A stretch of 52,701 nt of DNA from Candidatus Pacearchaeota archaeon (GTDB lineage: Bacteria > Patescibacteriota > Minisyncoccia > Minisyncoccales > UBA5738), in NCBI GenBank assembly GCA_035362275.1, contig DAOSDI010000003.1, positions 1-52,701 of the forward strand, given 5' to 3'. This document shows positions 18,210 to 26,765 of this stretch, in pieces. The notes beneath the pieces are model-generated. The model saw only the letters and a list, made by a program, of their open reading frames with translations. It was not told where the DNA came from and ran no database searches. How positions within the stretch are numbered: position 1 is the first letter of the stretch; each line of letters begins with the position of its first letter. Position numbers and translations under genes: made by a program.

Positions 18210-19127
18210 ATGTTTGATTTGATTATTATCGGTGCCGGACCGGCCGGAATGACTGCCGGAATCTACGCGGCGCGCGCCAAGTTGGAAACGCTGGTGATTG
18301 CCGGCGAGTTCGGCGGATGGATCGCGCGCGAAAACGTGGAAATTGAAAATTATCCCGGATTTGAAAAAGTTTCGGGCAAGGAGCTGATCGGCCGCTTCAA
18401 AAGTCATCTGGAATCTTTTGGCGTCCGAACAAAGATGGCCGAAGTTTTTGAGTTGAAAAAAGGGGACGGTATTTTTGAGGTTTCGGCCGGCGAAGAAAAG
18501 TTTTCGGCCAAAGCGCTGATCGTTGCTACTGGCGCCAGTCCGCGGCCGGCCGGAATTCCGGGGGAAAAAGATTTCTTGGGCAAGGGCGTTTGTTATTGCG
18601 CGACGTGCGACGGGCCGCTGTTTGCCAAAAAAGACGTGGCGGTGATCGGCGGCGGCAACGCGGCGTTTGACGCGGCGCGGTTTCTGGCCAAATTCGCCGG
18701 CAAAATTTATGTTTTGGAAAAAGGCAAAGAAGTTTCGGCCGACGCGGCCGGCCGGGAGGCACTGGAACAAACCGGCAAAGCCCGGATAATTGCCAATGCG
18801 CGAATCACGAAGATCGGCGGCGATAACTTTGTCAAAAACGTTGCTTATTATGATGCCGGCGATCCCGAAAAAAAGGAAATCATTTTGCCGGTGGCCGGAA
18901 TTTTTGTGAAAGCCGGCAATTCGCCGGCCGCGGAATTTTTGGGCAGTCTGGTTGATTTGGACGAAAAGGGCCAGATAAAAGTTGATCCTGGAACCAATCG
19001 GACCAAAACCGAAGGTTTGTTTGCCGCCGGCGACGTGACCGACGCCAAATACAAGCAAATAGTGATTGCTGCCGGCCAAGGCGCCGCCGCCGCGCTTTCC
19101 GCCGACGCCTATTTGCGCCGTCTTTAA
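18210..19127 (+). CDS. trxB: Thioredoxin-disulfide reductase
   Basis: GAGPAGMTAG FAD motif, redox CATCDG, and GGGNAAFDAA NADPH motif. Confidence 0.9.
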   Translation: MFDLIIIGAGPAGMTAGIYAARAKLETLVIAGEFGGWIARENVEIENYPGFEKVSGKELIGRFKSHLESFGVRTKMAEVFELKKGDGIFEVSAGEEKFSAKALIVATGASPRPAGIPGEKDFLGKGVCYCATCDGPLFAKKDVAVIGGGNAAFDAARFLAKFAGKIYVLEKGKEVSADAAGREALEQTGKARIIANARITKIGGDNFVKNVAYYDAGDPEKKEIILPVAGIFVKAGNSPAAEFLGSLVDLDEKGQIKVDPGTNRTKTEGLFAAGDVTDAKYKQIVIAAGQGAAAALSADAYLRRL

Positions 19128-19244
19128 TCTTTTTGCTGAGGCTATAATTGCAATACAAAAATAATTTAAAGATGGCAAAAAAAGAGATCGGTTTAGTGAG
19201 CGGTGGCGTGTGCGTAAAAGGGAAAATTAATTTTAAATTTATAT

Positions 19245-19404
19245 TAGACCTACTGCGTAAATATTTCCGCGACGAAATTTTCAGATTTCGCGCGAGCCGA
19301 ATGAGGAGTGAGGAGGCATATTGGCTAAATATGCCGACGATTGACGAATTCGGTGTAGCCGAAATATGGAAATTGCAGTAGGAAATATTTACGCAGTAGG
19401 TCTA
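19245..19404. repeat. 160-nt element closed by a perfect 24-bp inverted repeat (MITE-like or structured RNA)
   Basis: tagacctactgcgtaaatatttcc (19245-19268) is the exact reverse complement of 19381-19404. The interior contains at least three nested hairpins. Confidence 0.7.
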
Positions 19405-19447
19405 TTTAATGCTTGCTTGATGCATATAAATATACAGCTCAAAAATT

Positions 19448-20689
19448 ATGGCGGCGGATAAATATAAAATCAAGAAAGTCAGGGCGCGGGAAATTTTGGA
19501 TTCAAGGGGGAATCCGACATTGGAGGTTTGCGTCTTGACCGGGGCGGGCGAGTTTTGCGCCGGCGTGCCGTCGGGCGCGTCCACAGGCGCGGGCGAGGCG
19601 GTGGAATTGCGGGACGGCGGCGAAAAATTCGGCGGATTGGGAGTCGCCAAAGCCGCGGCCAATGTCAACGGCGTGATCAATCCCGAAATTATCGGGATGG
19701 ATTGCCGCGATCAGGAGGTGGCGGACGGAAAAATGCGCGAAATTGACGCCACGCCGAATAAAAGCCGCTTGGGCGCCAATGCAATGTGCGGGGTGTCGCT
19801 GGCGTGCGCGCGCGCCGCGGCGGGCGCGCAAAAGAAACCGCTCTACGAACACATCGCCAAGTTGGCAAAGAACAAGAAGATCGTTTTGCCCAAGCCGTGC
19901 TTTAACGTTATCAACGGCGGCGCGCACGCGGGCAACGATTTGGATTTTCAGGAATTTATGGTTTGCCCGCAAGCTCAAAATTTCGGCGATAATCTGCGCC
20001 TCGGCGCGGAAATTTACCGGCAATTGAAAAAAGATTTGGCGGCCGAATACGGCAAGTCAAGCGTGAATTTGGGCGATGAGGGGGGATTCGCGCCGCCGTT
20101 GAAAACTCCCAAGGAGGCGCTGGACTGTTTGTGCGGCGCGATCGCGATCGTGTCGCCCGAGGTGCCGGTGAAATTCATCATTGATGTCGCTTCCACCCAA
20201 TTTTTTGACGGCGGCCGGTATCAGACCAATTTCGGCGGTTTTGATGCCAACGGATTGGCGCAATTCTATTCAGGGATGATTTCGCAATTTCCGCAGATTG
20301 CCGGCTTGGAGGATCCGTTCGCGGAAAACGATTGGGACGGCTGGCGAGGGTTCGGTTTTTCAGGATTGAAGATCGGTGATGATTTGCTGGTGACCAATCC
20401 CGCGCGGATGAGGGAGGCCGAAGAAAAGAAGGCGTGCAACGCCATGATTTTGAAAATCAACCAGATTGGCACGGTGAGCGAGGCGCTGGAAGCCGCGGCG
20501 CTGGCGAAAAGCTACGGCTGGAAGATAGTCGTCTCCCACAGGAGCGGTGAAACCAACGATGACTTCATCGCCGATTTTGCCGTGGGCATCGGCGCGGATT
20601 TTATTAAAACCGGCGCGCCGGCCCGGGGTGAACGCTTGGCAAAGTATAATCGCCTCGCAAAAATTGAGGAAGAAATCAATGGGCAATAA
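19448..20689 (+). CDS. eno: Enolase
   Basis: Full-length enolase with ILDSRGNPT, SHRSGETED-like SHRSGETNDDFIADFAV and IKTGAPARGER. Confidence 0.95.
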   Translation: MAADKYKIKKVRAREILDSRGNPTLEVCVLTGAGEFCAGVPSGASTGAGEAVELRDGGEKFGGLGVAKAAANVNGVINPEIIGMDCRDQEVADGKMREIDATPNKSRLGANAMCGVSLACARAAAGAQKKPLYEHIAKLAKNKKIVLPKPCFNVINGGAHAGNDLDFQEFMVCPQAQNFGDNLRLGAEIYRQLKKDLAAEYGKSSVNLGDEGGFAPPLKTPKEALDCLCGAIAIVSPEVPVKFIIDVASTQFFDGGRYQTNFGGFDANGLAQFYSGMISQFPQIAGLEDPFAENDWDGWRGFGFSGLKIGDDLLVTNPARMREAEEKKACNAMILKINQIGTVSEALEAAALAKSYGWKIVVSHRSGETNDDFIADFAVGIGADFIKTGAPARGERLAKYNRLAKIEEEINGQ

Positions 20690-20701
20690 CTATGATAATT
20701 T

Positions 20702-21040
20702 ATGAATTTTCCAATAAATAAATCAATGAGATTATTTAAACACTCATTTGGCTTAATTTTAATTTTCTTTGCCGGTATTGTCGGAGCTCAATGTCAGACC
20801 GAAAAAAGTGTTTTAAATGGCGGTAGTTCGTCGGTTGAAATTTATCCGTGTCTTGAGAAATCGCCAATAGAGGGAGTAATAAATGGGGTTTCAATGATTT
20901 TGGTTATTGCTTTTTGTATTATTATAATGCTTATTGTGGCCAGATTGATCCAAAAACATAGTGCGGGGAAACTGCCTGGTTGTCTAATATGGATTGTTGT
21001 ATTATTTTTAATTGCGCAAGCAATAAGATTGTCTTATTAA
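20702..21040 (+). CDS. Hypothetical membrane protein
   Basis: Signal/TM segment LILIFFAGIVGA plus two further hydrophobic helices. It is tightly packed after eno. Confidence 0.5.
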   Translation: MNFPINKSMRLFKHSFGLILIFFAGIVGAQCQTEKSVLNGGSSSVEIYPCLEKSPIEGVINGVSMILVIAFCIIIMLIVARLIQKHSAGKLPGCLIWIVVLFLIAQAIRLSY

Positions 21041-21113
21041 GGCATGGGAGAAGCGCTTGGAAGTAAGAAAATCGTCTGGTGAAAATTGAAGAGGAAATTA
21101 TTGGCAAATAATC

Positions 21114-21857
21114 ATGTATAAAATCGTTTTACTGCGGCACGGAGAATCCATATGGAACAAGAAAAACCGGTTTACCGGCTGGGTTGATGTCGAATTGTCG
21201 GAACGGGGCGTCCAAGAGGCAAATGAAGCGGGAAAAATCCTTAAAAACGAAGGGTATGTTTTTGATTTGGTGTTTACTTCGGTGTTGAAGCGGGCGATTG
21301 ACACTACCGCCATCGTTCTGCGGGAAATGGGTTCGGCCGAGATTGAAACGAAATGCGCCTGGCAATTAAACGAGCGGCATTATGGGGCCTTGCAAGGTTT
21401 GAATAAGGGCGAGATGGCGGCAAAATACGGCGAAGAACAGGTGCGGATATGGCGGCGCAGTTATGGCGTCCGGCCGCCGGAGATGGAAGAAGAAGATTAC
21501 CGCCGGCAAAACGAACTGGAAATTTTTAGATCCGTGCCGGTTTATCAAATGCCGCGGACCGAATCATTGAGCGATACCTATGGCCGCGCAATAGATTATT
21601 GGAATTCAGATATCGCGCCGGCGATAAAAAGCGGCAAAAAAATTCTGATCTCGGCGCATGGCAACAGCTTGCGCGCGCTGGTCAAATATCTGGACAACAT
21701 CGACGATAAGGAAATCTCGGAACTGAACATCCCCACCGGCGCGCCACTGGTCTATGAATTGGACGATGATTTGAAGCCGATAAAACACTATTATTTGGGC
21801 GACCAAGATGCAATCGCGCGCCGGATTGACGCGGTAAAAAACCAATACAAAACTTAA
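21114..21857 (+). CDS. gpmA: 2,3-bisphosphoglycerate-dependent phosphoglycerate mutase
   Basis: LLRHGESIWNKKNRFTGWVDVELSERG and SAHGNSLRAL. Confidence 0.9.
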   Translation: MYKIVLLRHGESIWNKKNRFTGWVDVELSERGVQEANEAGKILKNEGYVFDLVFTSVLKRAIDTTAIVLREMGSAEIETKCAWQLNERHYGALQGLNKGEMAAKYGEEQVRIWRRSYGVRPPEMEEEDYRRQNELEIFRSVPVYQMPRTESLSDTYGRAIDYWNSDIAPAIKSGKKILISAHGNSLRALVKYLDNIDDKEISELNIPTGAPLVYELDDDLKPIKHYYLGDQDAIARRIDAVKNQYKT

Positions 21858-21869
21858 AATTTAAATAAT

Positions 21870-21897
21870 ATTCTGATATTCTGCAGAATATCAGAAT
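21870..21897. terminator. Perfect 28-bp palindrome attctgatattctgcagaatatcagaat after gpmA
   Basis: The sequence is self-complementary. It shares the core tattctgcagaata with the 9952-9997 hairpin. Confidence 0.5.
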
Positions 21898-21976
21898 GTA
21901 AATACAAATACTTGTTTTAATTTTTGAAATTGGTAGAATGAAGAGCATAGTTTAGTCGGTAAAATAATAAAAAAAT

Positions 21977-22159
21977 ATGGCAAAATACCAGGTGAACAAA
22001 GACAAGTGTTTGGGATGCTTTATTTGCACCGTGAACTGTCCGGCGGGAATGGCGCAGGATGACGACGCCAAGGCCAAGGTGGTGGATTCCGACGCGGTGG
22101 AAAATTGCGGCGGCGAGAGCGTCTGCCCCCACGGCGTGATTGAAAAAGCGGAAGAATAA
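21977..22159 (+). CDS. Small [4Fe-4S] ferredoxin
   Basis: CLGCFICTVNCP (CxxCxxCxxxCP) plus a distal CP. Confidence 0.75.
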   Translation: MAKYQVNKDKCLGCFICTVNCPAGMAQDDDAKAKVVDSDAVENCGGESVCPHGVIEKAEE

Positions 22160-22170
22160 CTCTTGGAAGC

Positions 22171-22196
22171 AAAAACGCCCGGCGGGGCGTTTTTGT
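22171..22196 (+). terminator. Rho-independent terminator after the ferredoxin gene
   Basis: aaaaacgccc ggcg gggcgttttt. Confidence 0.7.
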
Positions 22197-22309
22197 GTTT
22201 GACTTTGGCCATAATTTTGGATATTTTGGAAATATCAGAAACACAACGGCGTGTAATATGGTTGGTTCATAACGATGATGTTACCCGTGAGCGGGTTTTT
22301 TGTTTGTGT

Positions 22310-22337
22310 TTGACAATGGTTGCAGGCCGGCTATAAT
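22310..22337 (+). promoter_or_regulatory. Consensus sigma70-type promoter: TTGACA, 16-nt spacer, TATAAT
   Basis: ttgacaatggttgcaggccggctataat, located 68 nt upstream of the 22405 start. Confidence 0.5.
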
Positions 22338-22404
22338 TTCATTGTTTTTGATTTGAATTATGAATATATAGTCATTGCGATAATTAAAAATTAAAAAAAT
22401 TCCT

Positions 22405-23595
22405 ATGGTTAATTGGACAAAAAAGGTGCAGGACCGGATTGCCAAGGTGCCGGTGCGCGGCGGGCGGTCGGCAAAAGAAATCAAAAACGGGTTTGACGAT
22501 TTGGCGTTTGTTCCGGCGCAATTGGCGAAATGCCCCGTGGATTATTTTAAGGAAAAAATTTCTTCCAAAACGATTTTGGGAAAAAACAGTTCCCGGGCGG
22601 TGGAAATTGAAACGCCGATATTGATTGCGGCGATGTCGTTTGGCGCGCTGTCAAAAAACGCCAAAATCGCGCTGGCGAAAGGGTCGGCGCGGGCCGGCAC
22701 CGTTGCCAATACCGGCGAGGGCGGAATGTTGCCCGAAGAGCGGCAATTTGCCGATAAATTGACAATTCAATACAGCACGGGCCGGTTCGGCATTGGCGAG
22801 GAAGTCTTGAAGAAGGCCGATATCATTGAAATTAAAATCGGCCAAGGGGCCAAAGGCGGCCAGGGCGGGCTTTTGCAAAAAGAAAAACTTACCCCCGAGG
22901 TGGCGGCGGCTAGGGGCGTGAAAATGGGGCGGGATGTCCATTCGCCGGCGCATCACTGCGATATTAAAAATGCCGGTGATCTGAAGGCCAAAGTTGATTG
23001 GTTGCGCGGACTGTCGGGCGGCGTGCCGATTGCGGTCAAATTGGCGGCGGGCGATATCAAAAAAGATGTTGCCATTGCCGTCAAGGCAAATCCCGATATC
23101 ATTGTCGTTGACGGCGGGTGGGGCGGCACGGGCGCCGCGCCGGAAGTGATGCTGGACGAAACGGGCATTCCGGCTTTGCCGGCGCTGGTTGCCGCGCGTG
23201 AAATTTTGGACGGCATGGAGGCGAAGCAGGAATTGTGGATCGGCGGCGGATTTTACACCGGCGGCGATGTGGCCAAGGCACTGGCGCTGGGCGCGGACGC
23301 CGTATTTATGGGGTCGGCGATGCTGGCGGCGCTGGGATGCGTGGGGTGCAATTTATGTTATACCGGCCAATGTCCCAAGGGGGTGGCCACGCAGGATCCC
23401 GAATTGGCGAAAAATATTGATGTTGAAGCGGCGGCCAATAATGTTGCCAACTTTATCAAACACTGCAATGAAGAAATCAAAATGATTGCCGGCGCCACCG
23501 GCCATAACGATATCCACAATCTCAACAAAGACGACCTGCGTTCTCTGACCGCCGAAGTCTCTCAAATCACCAGCGTCAAATCCGCCGGTGAATAA
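22405..23595 (+). CDS. FMN-binding glutamate synthase family protein (GltB domain-2-like)
   Basis: NTGEGGMLPEE and IKIGQGAKGGQGGLL match the GltS FMN-domain signatures. Confidence 0.85.
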   Translation: MVNWTKKVQDRIAKVPVRGGRSAKEIKNGFDDLAFVPAQLAKCPVDYFKEKISSKTILGKNSSRAVEIETPILIAAMSFGALSKNAKIALAKGSARAGTVANTGEGGMLPEERQFADKLTIQYSTGRFGIGEEVLKKADIIEIKIGQGAKGGQGGLLQKEKLTPEVAAARGVKMGRDVHSPAHHCDIKNAGDLKAKVDWLRGLSGGVPIAVKLAAGDIKKDVAIAVKANPDIIVVDGGWGGTGAAPEVMLDETGIPALPALVAAREILDGMEAKQELWIGGGFYTGGDVAKALALGADAVFMGSAMLAALGCVGCNLCYTGQCPKGVATQDPELAKNIDVEAAANNVANFIKHCNEEIKMIAGATGHNDIHNLNKDDLRSLTAEVSQITSVKSAGE

Positions 23596-23790
23596 TCCAG
23601 GGGAAAATAAGTGGAAGTCAAACCTCCACTATCCCTTTATCTCTTCTCTTATCCGCTACCTCCGATCGTTTTATTTTTGTTTTATTTGAATCAAACGCAG
23701 TTGGGTGAGGAGAAATCTTCACCTTTTAATTTTGGAAATGCGCCCCGCATTTTTTGTTTTTTGGGGGGATATTTGGTAAAATGGGCGAAT

Positions 23791-24165
23791 ATGATCAGTT
23801 TGTTTTGTGAATGGTATTTTTTGGAGGTACCGCAAAAGATCAAAAAAATCTGGGGGAATTATTTGTGGTTTTTTTCGCGCTATTTTGCGGTTCCCGATTT
23901 GGTGCGGGAGTTTTTTGCGCCGTGGAAGGGGCTGGTTTTTCGCCGTGAAAAGCGAGGGATTGATTTTGGCGACATATTTTCGGTGATGTTTGGCAACTTG
24001 ATTTCAAGGATTCTGGGCGCGACGGTGAGATTGCTTTTCTTGATTTTCGGTTTGGCGGCAGAAACGGCGGTTTTTTTAGCCGGAATTTTAACCTATGCGG
24101 GCTGGGTGTTTTTAATTCCGGCGATTATTTTTTTCTTTTTTAAGGGGTTGACACTACTGCGATGA
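23791..24165 (+). CDS. Small membrane protein, translationally coupled to the downstream AAA+ gene
   Basis: ATG at 23791 (MISLFCEWYF...). There are C-terminal TM helices. The stop overlaps the next start as ATGA at 24162-24165. Confidence 0.55.
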   Translation: MISLFCEWYFLEVPQKIKKIWGNYLWFFSRYFAVPDLVREFFAPWKGLVFRREKRGIDFGDIFSVMFGNLISRILGATVRLLFLIFGLAAETAVFLAGILTYAGWVFLIPAIIFFFFKGLTLLR

Positions 24166-26765
24166 AAAATCCAGACCAAATCATCACATTAAAGGCGGTG
24201 GATTATGTCCGATTGATATCGCCAGGATTTTTGGCGCCGGCAAAATGGGCAACGCTGGCGGTTTGGACGGCGGCGGGCGCGGTGCTGTCAATCTGCTCTT
24301 TCCCAATCGGTCAAAAAATCGCGGCGGCGATTTTGGGCGCGCCGCCGGCGGTTGATCGCGGTTTGTTTTCGGGATTGTTTCTGGTCGGAATTTCTCTGTG
24401 GTCGCTGTGCATTTTACTGGCGGCATTCATGCGGCAAAAATTGATGCGCCTGGGGCGCAATTTTGGCAAAAACGGCGCGGCGCCGGGAAATTTTCTGGAA
24501 TATTTTGATTTTGATGCGGCTAAAATTTACAAAAAAACACTTTCTTACCCTCATCTGCCTTTTGACAGATTGCTCTTGTATTGCATTTTATCCGGCGCCG
24601 ATTTGTCTTTTACATTGGCGCGATTGCAGATTCCAAAAAATGACTTGAGAAAAAAATTGCTGGCGGCGATGAAAGAGGGCTCAAAATCATTTTCGCACGA
24701 TGGCAGTGCCGCAATCAAGAATTCAAACGAAGAACGGCGCCGGGAAATTTTTGAGGCGGCACGGGCGATTGCTTTTGAAACCGGAAATTCAAAAATTACC
24801 TTCTATGCATTGTTTTTGGCGTTGGCGGAGCGCGATGCCGATTTTCAGAAAACGATGGATATGCTGGAACTGGCAAAAGAAGATGTTGCCGACGTGGTTT
24901 TGTGGCAGGCGCGGCGGCAAACCTACCGCGATTTTCGTAAAAAATTTTGGGAACGGGATAATTTGAGAAGAGCGTTGGCGGCCAGCCCTGTAAAGATGGC
25001 GGTGGGCGGATACACTGTGCTTTTGGACCAATATTCCCATGACATTGGGCTCACCAATCCGTTGCGCCAGGGGGGCGTGGTTTTGCATACGCGCCAGATA
25101 AAACAATTGGAGGAGGCGCTGATTAAACGGCGGGGCGGCGGTATCTTGCTGGTGGGCGAAAGCGGCAGTGGCAGAAAGAGTATCGTTTATAATTTTGCCA
25201 ATCGCGTCGCGGGCGAGGAAGGCCCGGCCGCCTTGAAAATGTTGAGAATTTTGGAAGTTGATATGGCGGCGCTGATCGGCAACAATCCCGACAAGGCGGT
25301 GCTGGCCGCGGTATTGGACGGGATTTTCGCGGAAGCGATTCGGGCGCGGAACGTGGTATTGATCATTCCGCAGATCAACAATTATATCGGCCGCGGCCAC
25401 GGCGGTGATGCCGTGGCGACGATTGATATCAGCGGCGTTATCGGCACATATTTAAAACGGCCGGGATTTCGCCTGATCGGCATTACCGATTATGAAGGAT
25501 TGCACCGGTCGATTGAGCGAGCCGGCGAAATTGCGGGGCGGTTCACCAAAATTGAAGTGGGGCGGGTTTCCGTCGCCGACACGATGAGGGTGCTCAAAGA
25601 AGAAGGATTGCGCCGGGAGAAAGATTCCAATATCTTTATTCCTTATGCGAGCTTGAAGGAAGTGGCCAAGCTTTGCGATTATTTTCAAGGTGATATGGCG
25701 TTTCCGCAAAAAGCCGTCAATCTTTTGGATGATTTGATCGCCAACAAGGTAAACTGCGGCGGTAAAAAAGCAAAAATCATTTTACCGGCGGACGTGGACG
25801 AATATTTCTCCCACAAATATCAGGTTCCCGCCGGCGCGGCCGGACGGCAGGAAAAGAATATCTTGGTTAATTTGGAAGAACGCATCCATGAAGGATTGAT
25901 CAATCAGAAAGAAGCGGTGGAAGAATTGGCCAATGCGATGCGCCGTGCCCGCGCGGAGATTAAAAAACGCCGGCGCACCATCGGCAATTTCCTGTTTTTG
26001 GGCCCCACGGGGGTGGGTAAGACTGAAACCGCCAAACAGCTGGCCAAGGTCTATTTCGGTTCGGAAAAGAATATGATCCGTCTGAATATGTCCGAATACC
26101 AGACGATGGAGTCAATGGAAAAATTAATCGGCGGTGCGGCGGGTCCGGGGGTTTTGACCACCGCGGTGCGCAACAGTCCTTTTTCCATGGTTTTGATTGA
26201 TGAGATTGAAAAAGCCAATTCGGGACTGTTGAATATCTTTTTGAATATTTTTGACGAAGGGGAAATGAGCGACGGGATGGGGAGAACAATTGATTTCAAA
26301 CACACGATTATTATTGCCACTTCCAATGCCGGCGCCGAATTCATCAAAGAGGCGATTGAAAAGAGAGTGCCGCTGGACGGCGATTTTAAAGAATCGTTTA
26401 TTGATCGTATTTTGCGGGAAGGGGTGTTCGCGCCCGAATTTATCAATCGATTTGATGCGGTGGCGCTCTATCGTCCGCTGAACGTTGCGGAAAGCAAGCA
26501 GGTGGTGAAGTTGATGCTCAAAGAAATTCAGAAAGGGTTGGCGGCCAAAGGGATTGTTTTCCGAATTACCGATGATTTGGCCGGAGCATTGGCCGGCGTT
26601 GGTTTTGATCCGGTTTTCGGCGGCCGGGCGATGCGCCGCGCGATTCAAAACAAAGTGGAAAATGCGATTGCTTCCGGGCTACTGTCGGGATCGGTCAAAC
26701 CCGGAGACACCATTTCGATCAATTTTCGGACATGGCAAATTGAAACTGAAGCTCCGGAAAAATGA
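24162..26765 (+). CDS. Membrane-anchored Clp/Hsp100-family double AAA+ protein (degenerate D1, canonical D2)
   Basis: N-terminal hydrophobic segments are present. D1 has P-loop GESGSGRKS and no DE Walker B (VVLIIPQINN). D2 has GPTGVGKTETAK, Walker B VLIDEIEKA and sensor ATSNAG. Confidence 0.85.
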   Translation: MKNPDQIITLKAVDYVRLISPGFLAPAKWATLAVWTAAGAVLSICSFPIGQKIAAAILGAPPAVDRGLFSGLFLVGISLWSLCILLAAFMRQKLMRLGRNFGKNGAAPGNFLEYFDFDAAKIYKKTLSYPHLPFDRLLLYCILSGADLSFTLARLQIPKNDLRKKLLAAMKEGSKSFSHDGSAAIKNSNEERRREIFEAARAIAFETGNSKITFYALFLALAERDADFQKTMDMLELAKEDVADVVLWQARRQTYRDFRKKFWERDNLRRALAASPVKMAVGGYTVLLDQYSHDIGLTNPLRQGGVVLHTRQIKQLEEALIKRRGGGILLVGESGSGRKSIVYNFANRVAGEEGPAALKMLRILEVDMAALIGNNPDKAVLAAVLDGIFAEAIRARNVVLIIPQINNYIGRGHGGDAVATIDISGVIGTYLKRPGFRLIGITDYEGLHRSIERAGEIAGRFTKIEVGRVSVADTMRVLKEEGLRREKDSNIFIPYASLKEVAKLCDYFQGDMAFPQKAVNLLDDLIANKVNCGGKKAKIILPADVDEYFSHKYQVPAGAAGRQEKNILVNLEERIHEGLINQKEAVEELANAMRRARAEIKKRRRTIGNFLFLGPTGVGKTETAKQLAKVYFGSEKNMIRLNMSEYQTMESMEKLIGGAAGPGVLTTAVRNSPFSMVLIDEIEKANSGLLNIFLNIFDEGEMSDGMGRTIDFKHTIIIATSNAGAEFIKEAIEKRVPLDGDFKESFIDRILREGVFAPEFINRFDAVALYRPLNVAESKQVVKLMLKEIQKGLAAKGIVFRITDDLAGALAGVGFDPVFGGRAMRRAIQNKVENAIASGLLSGSVKPGDTISINFRTWQIETEAPEK

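Noticed and set aside
19148-19381. 77-aa ORF between trxB and eno as a protein-coding gene
   Set aside because: It has no RBS. The ORF is almost entirely made of the inverted-repeat element and ends exactly at its right arm. The composition is better explained by the palindromic element.
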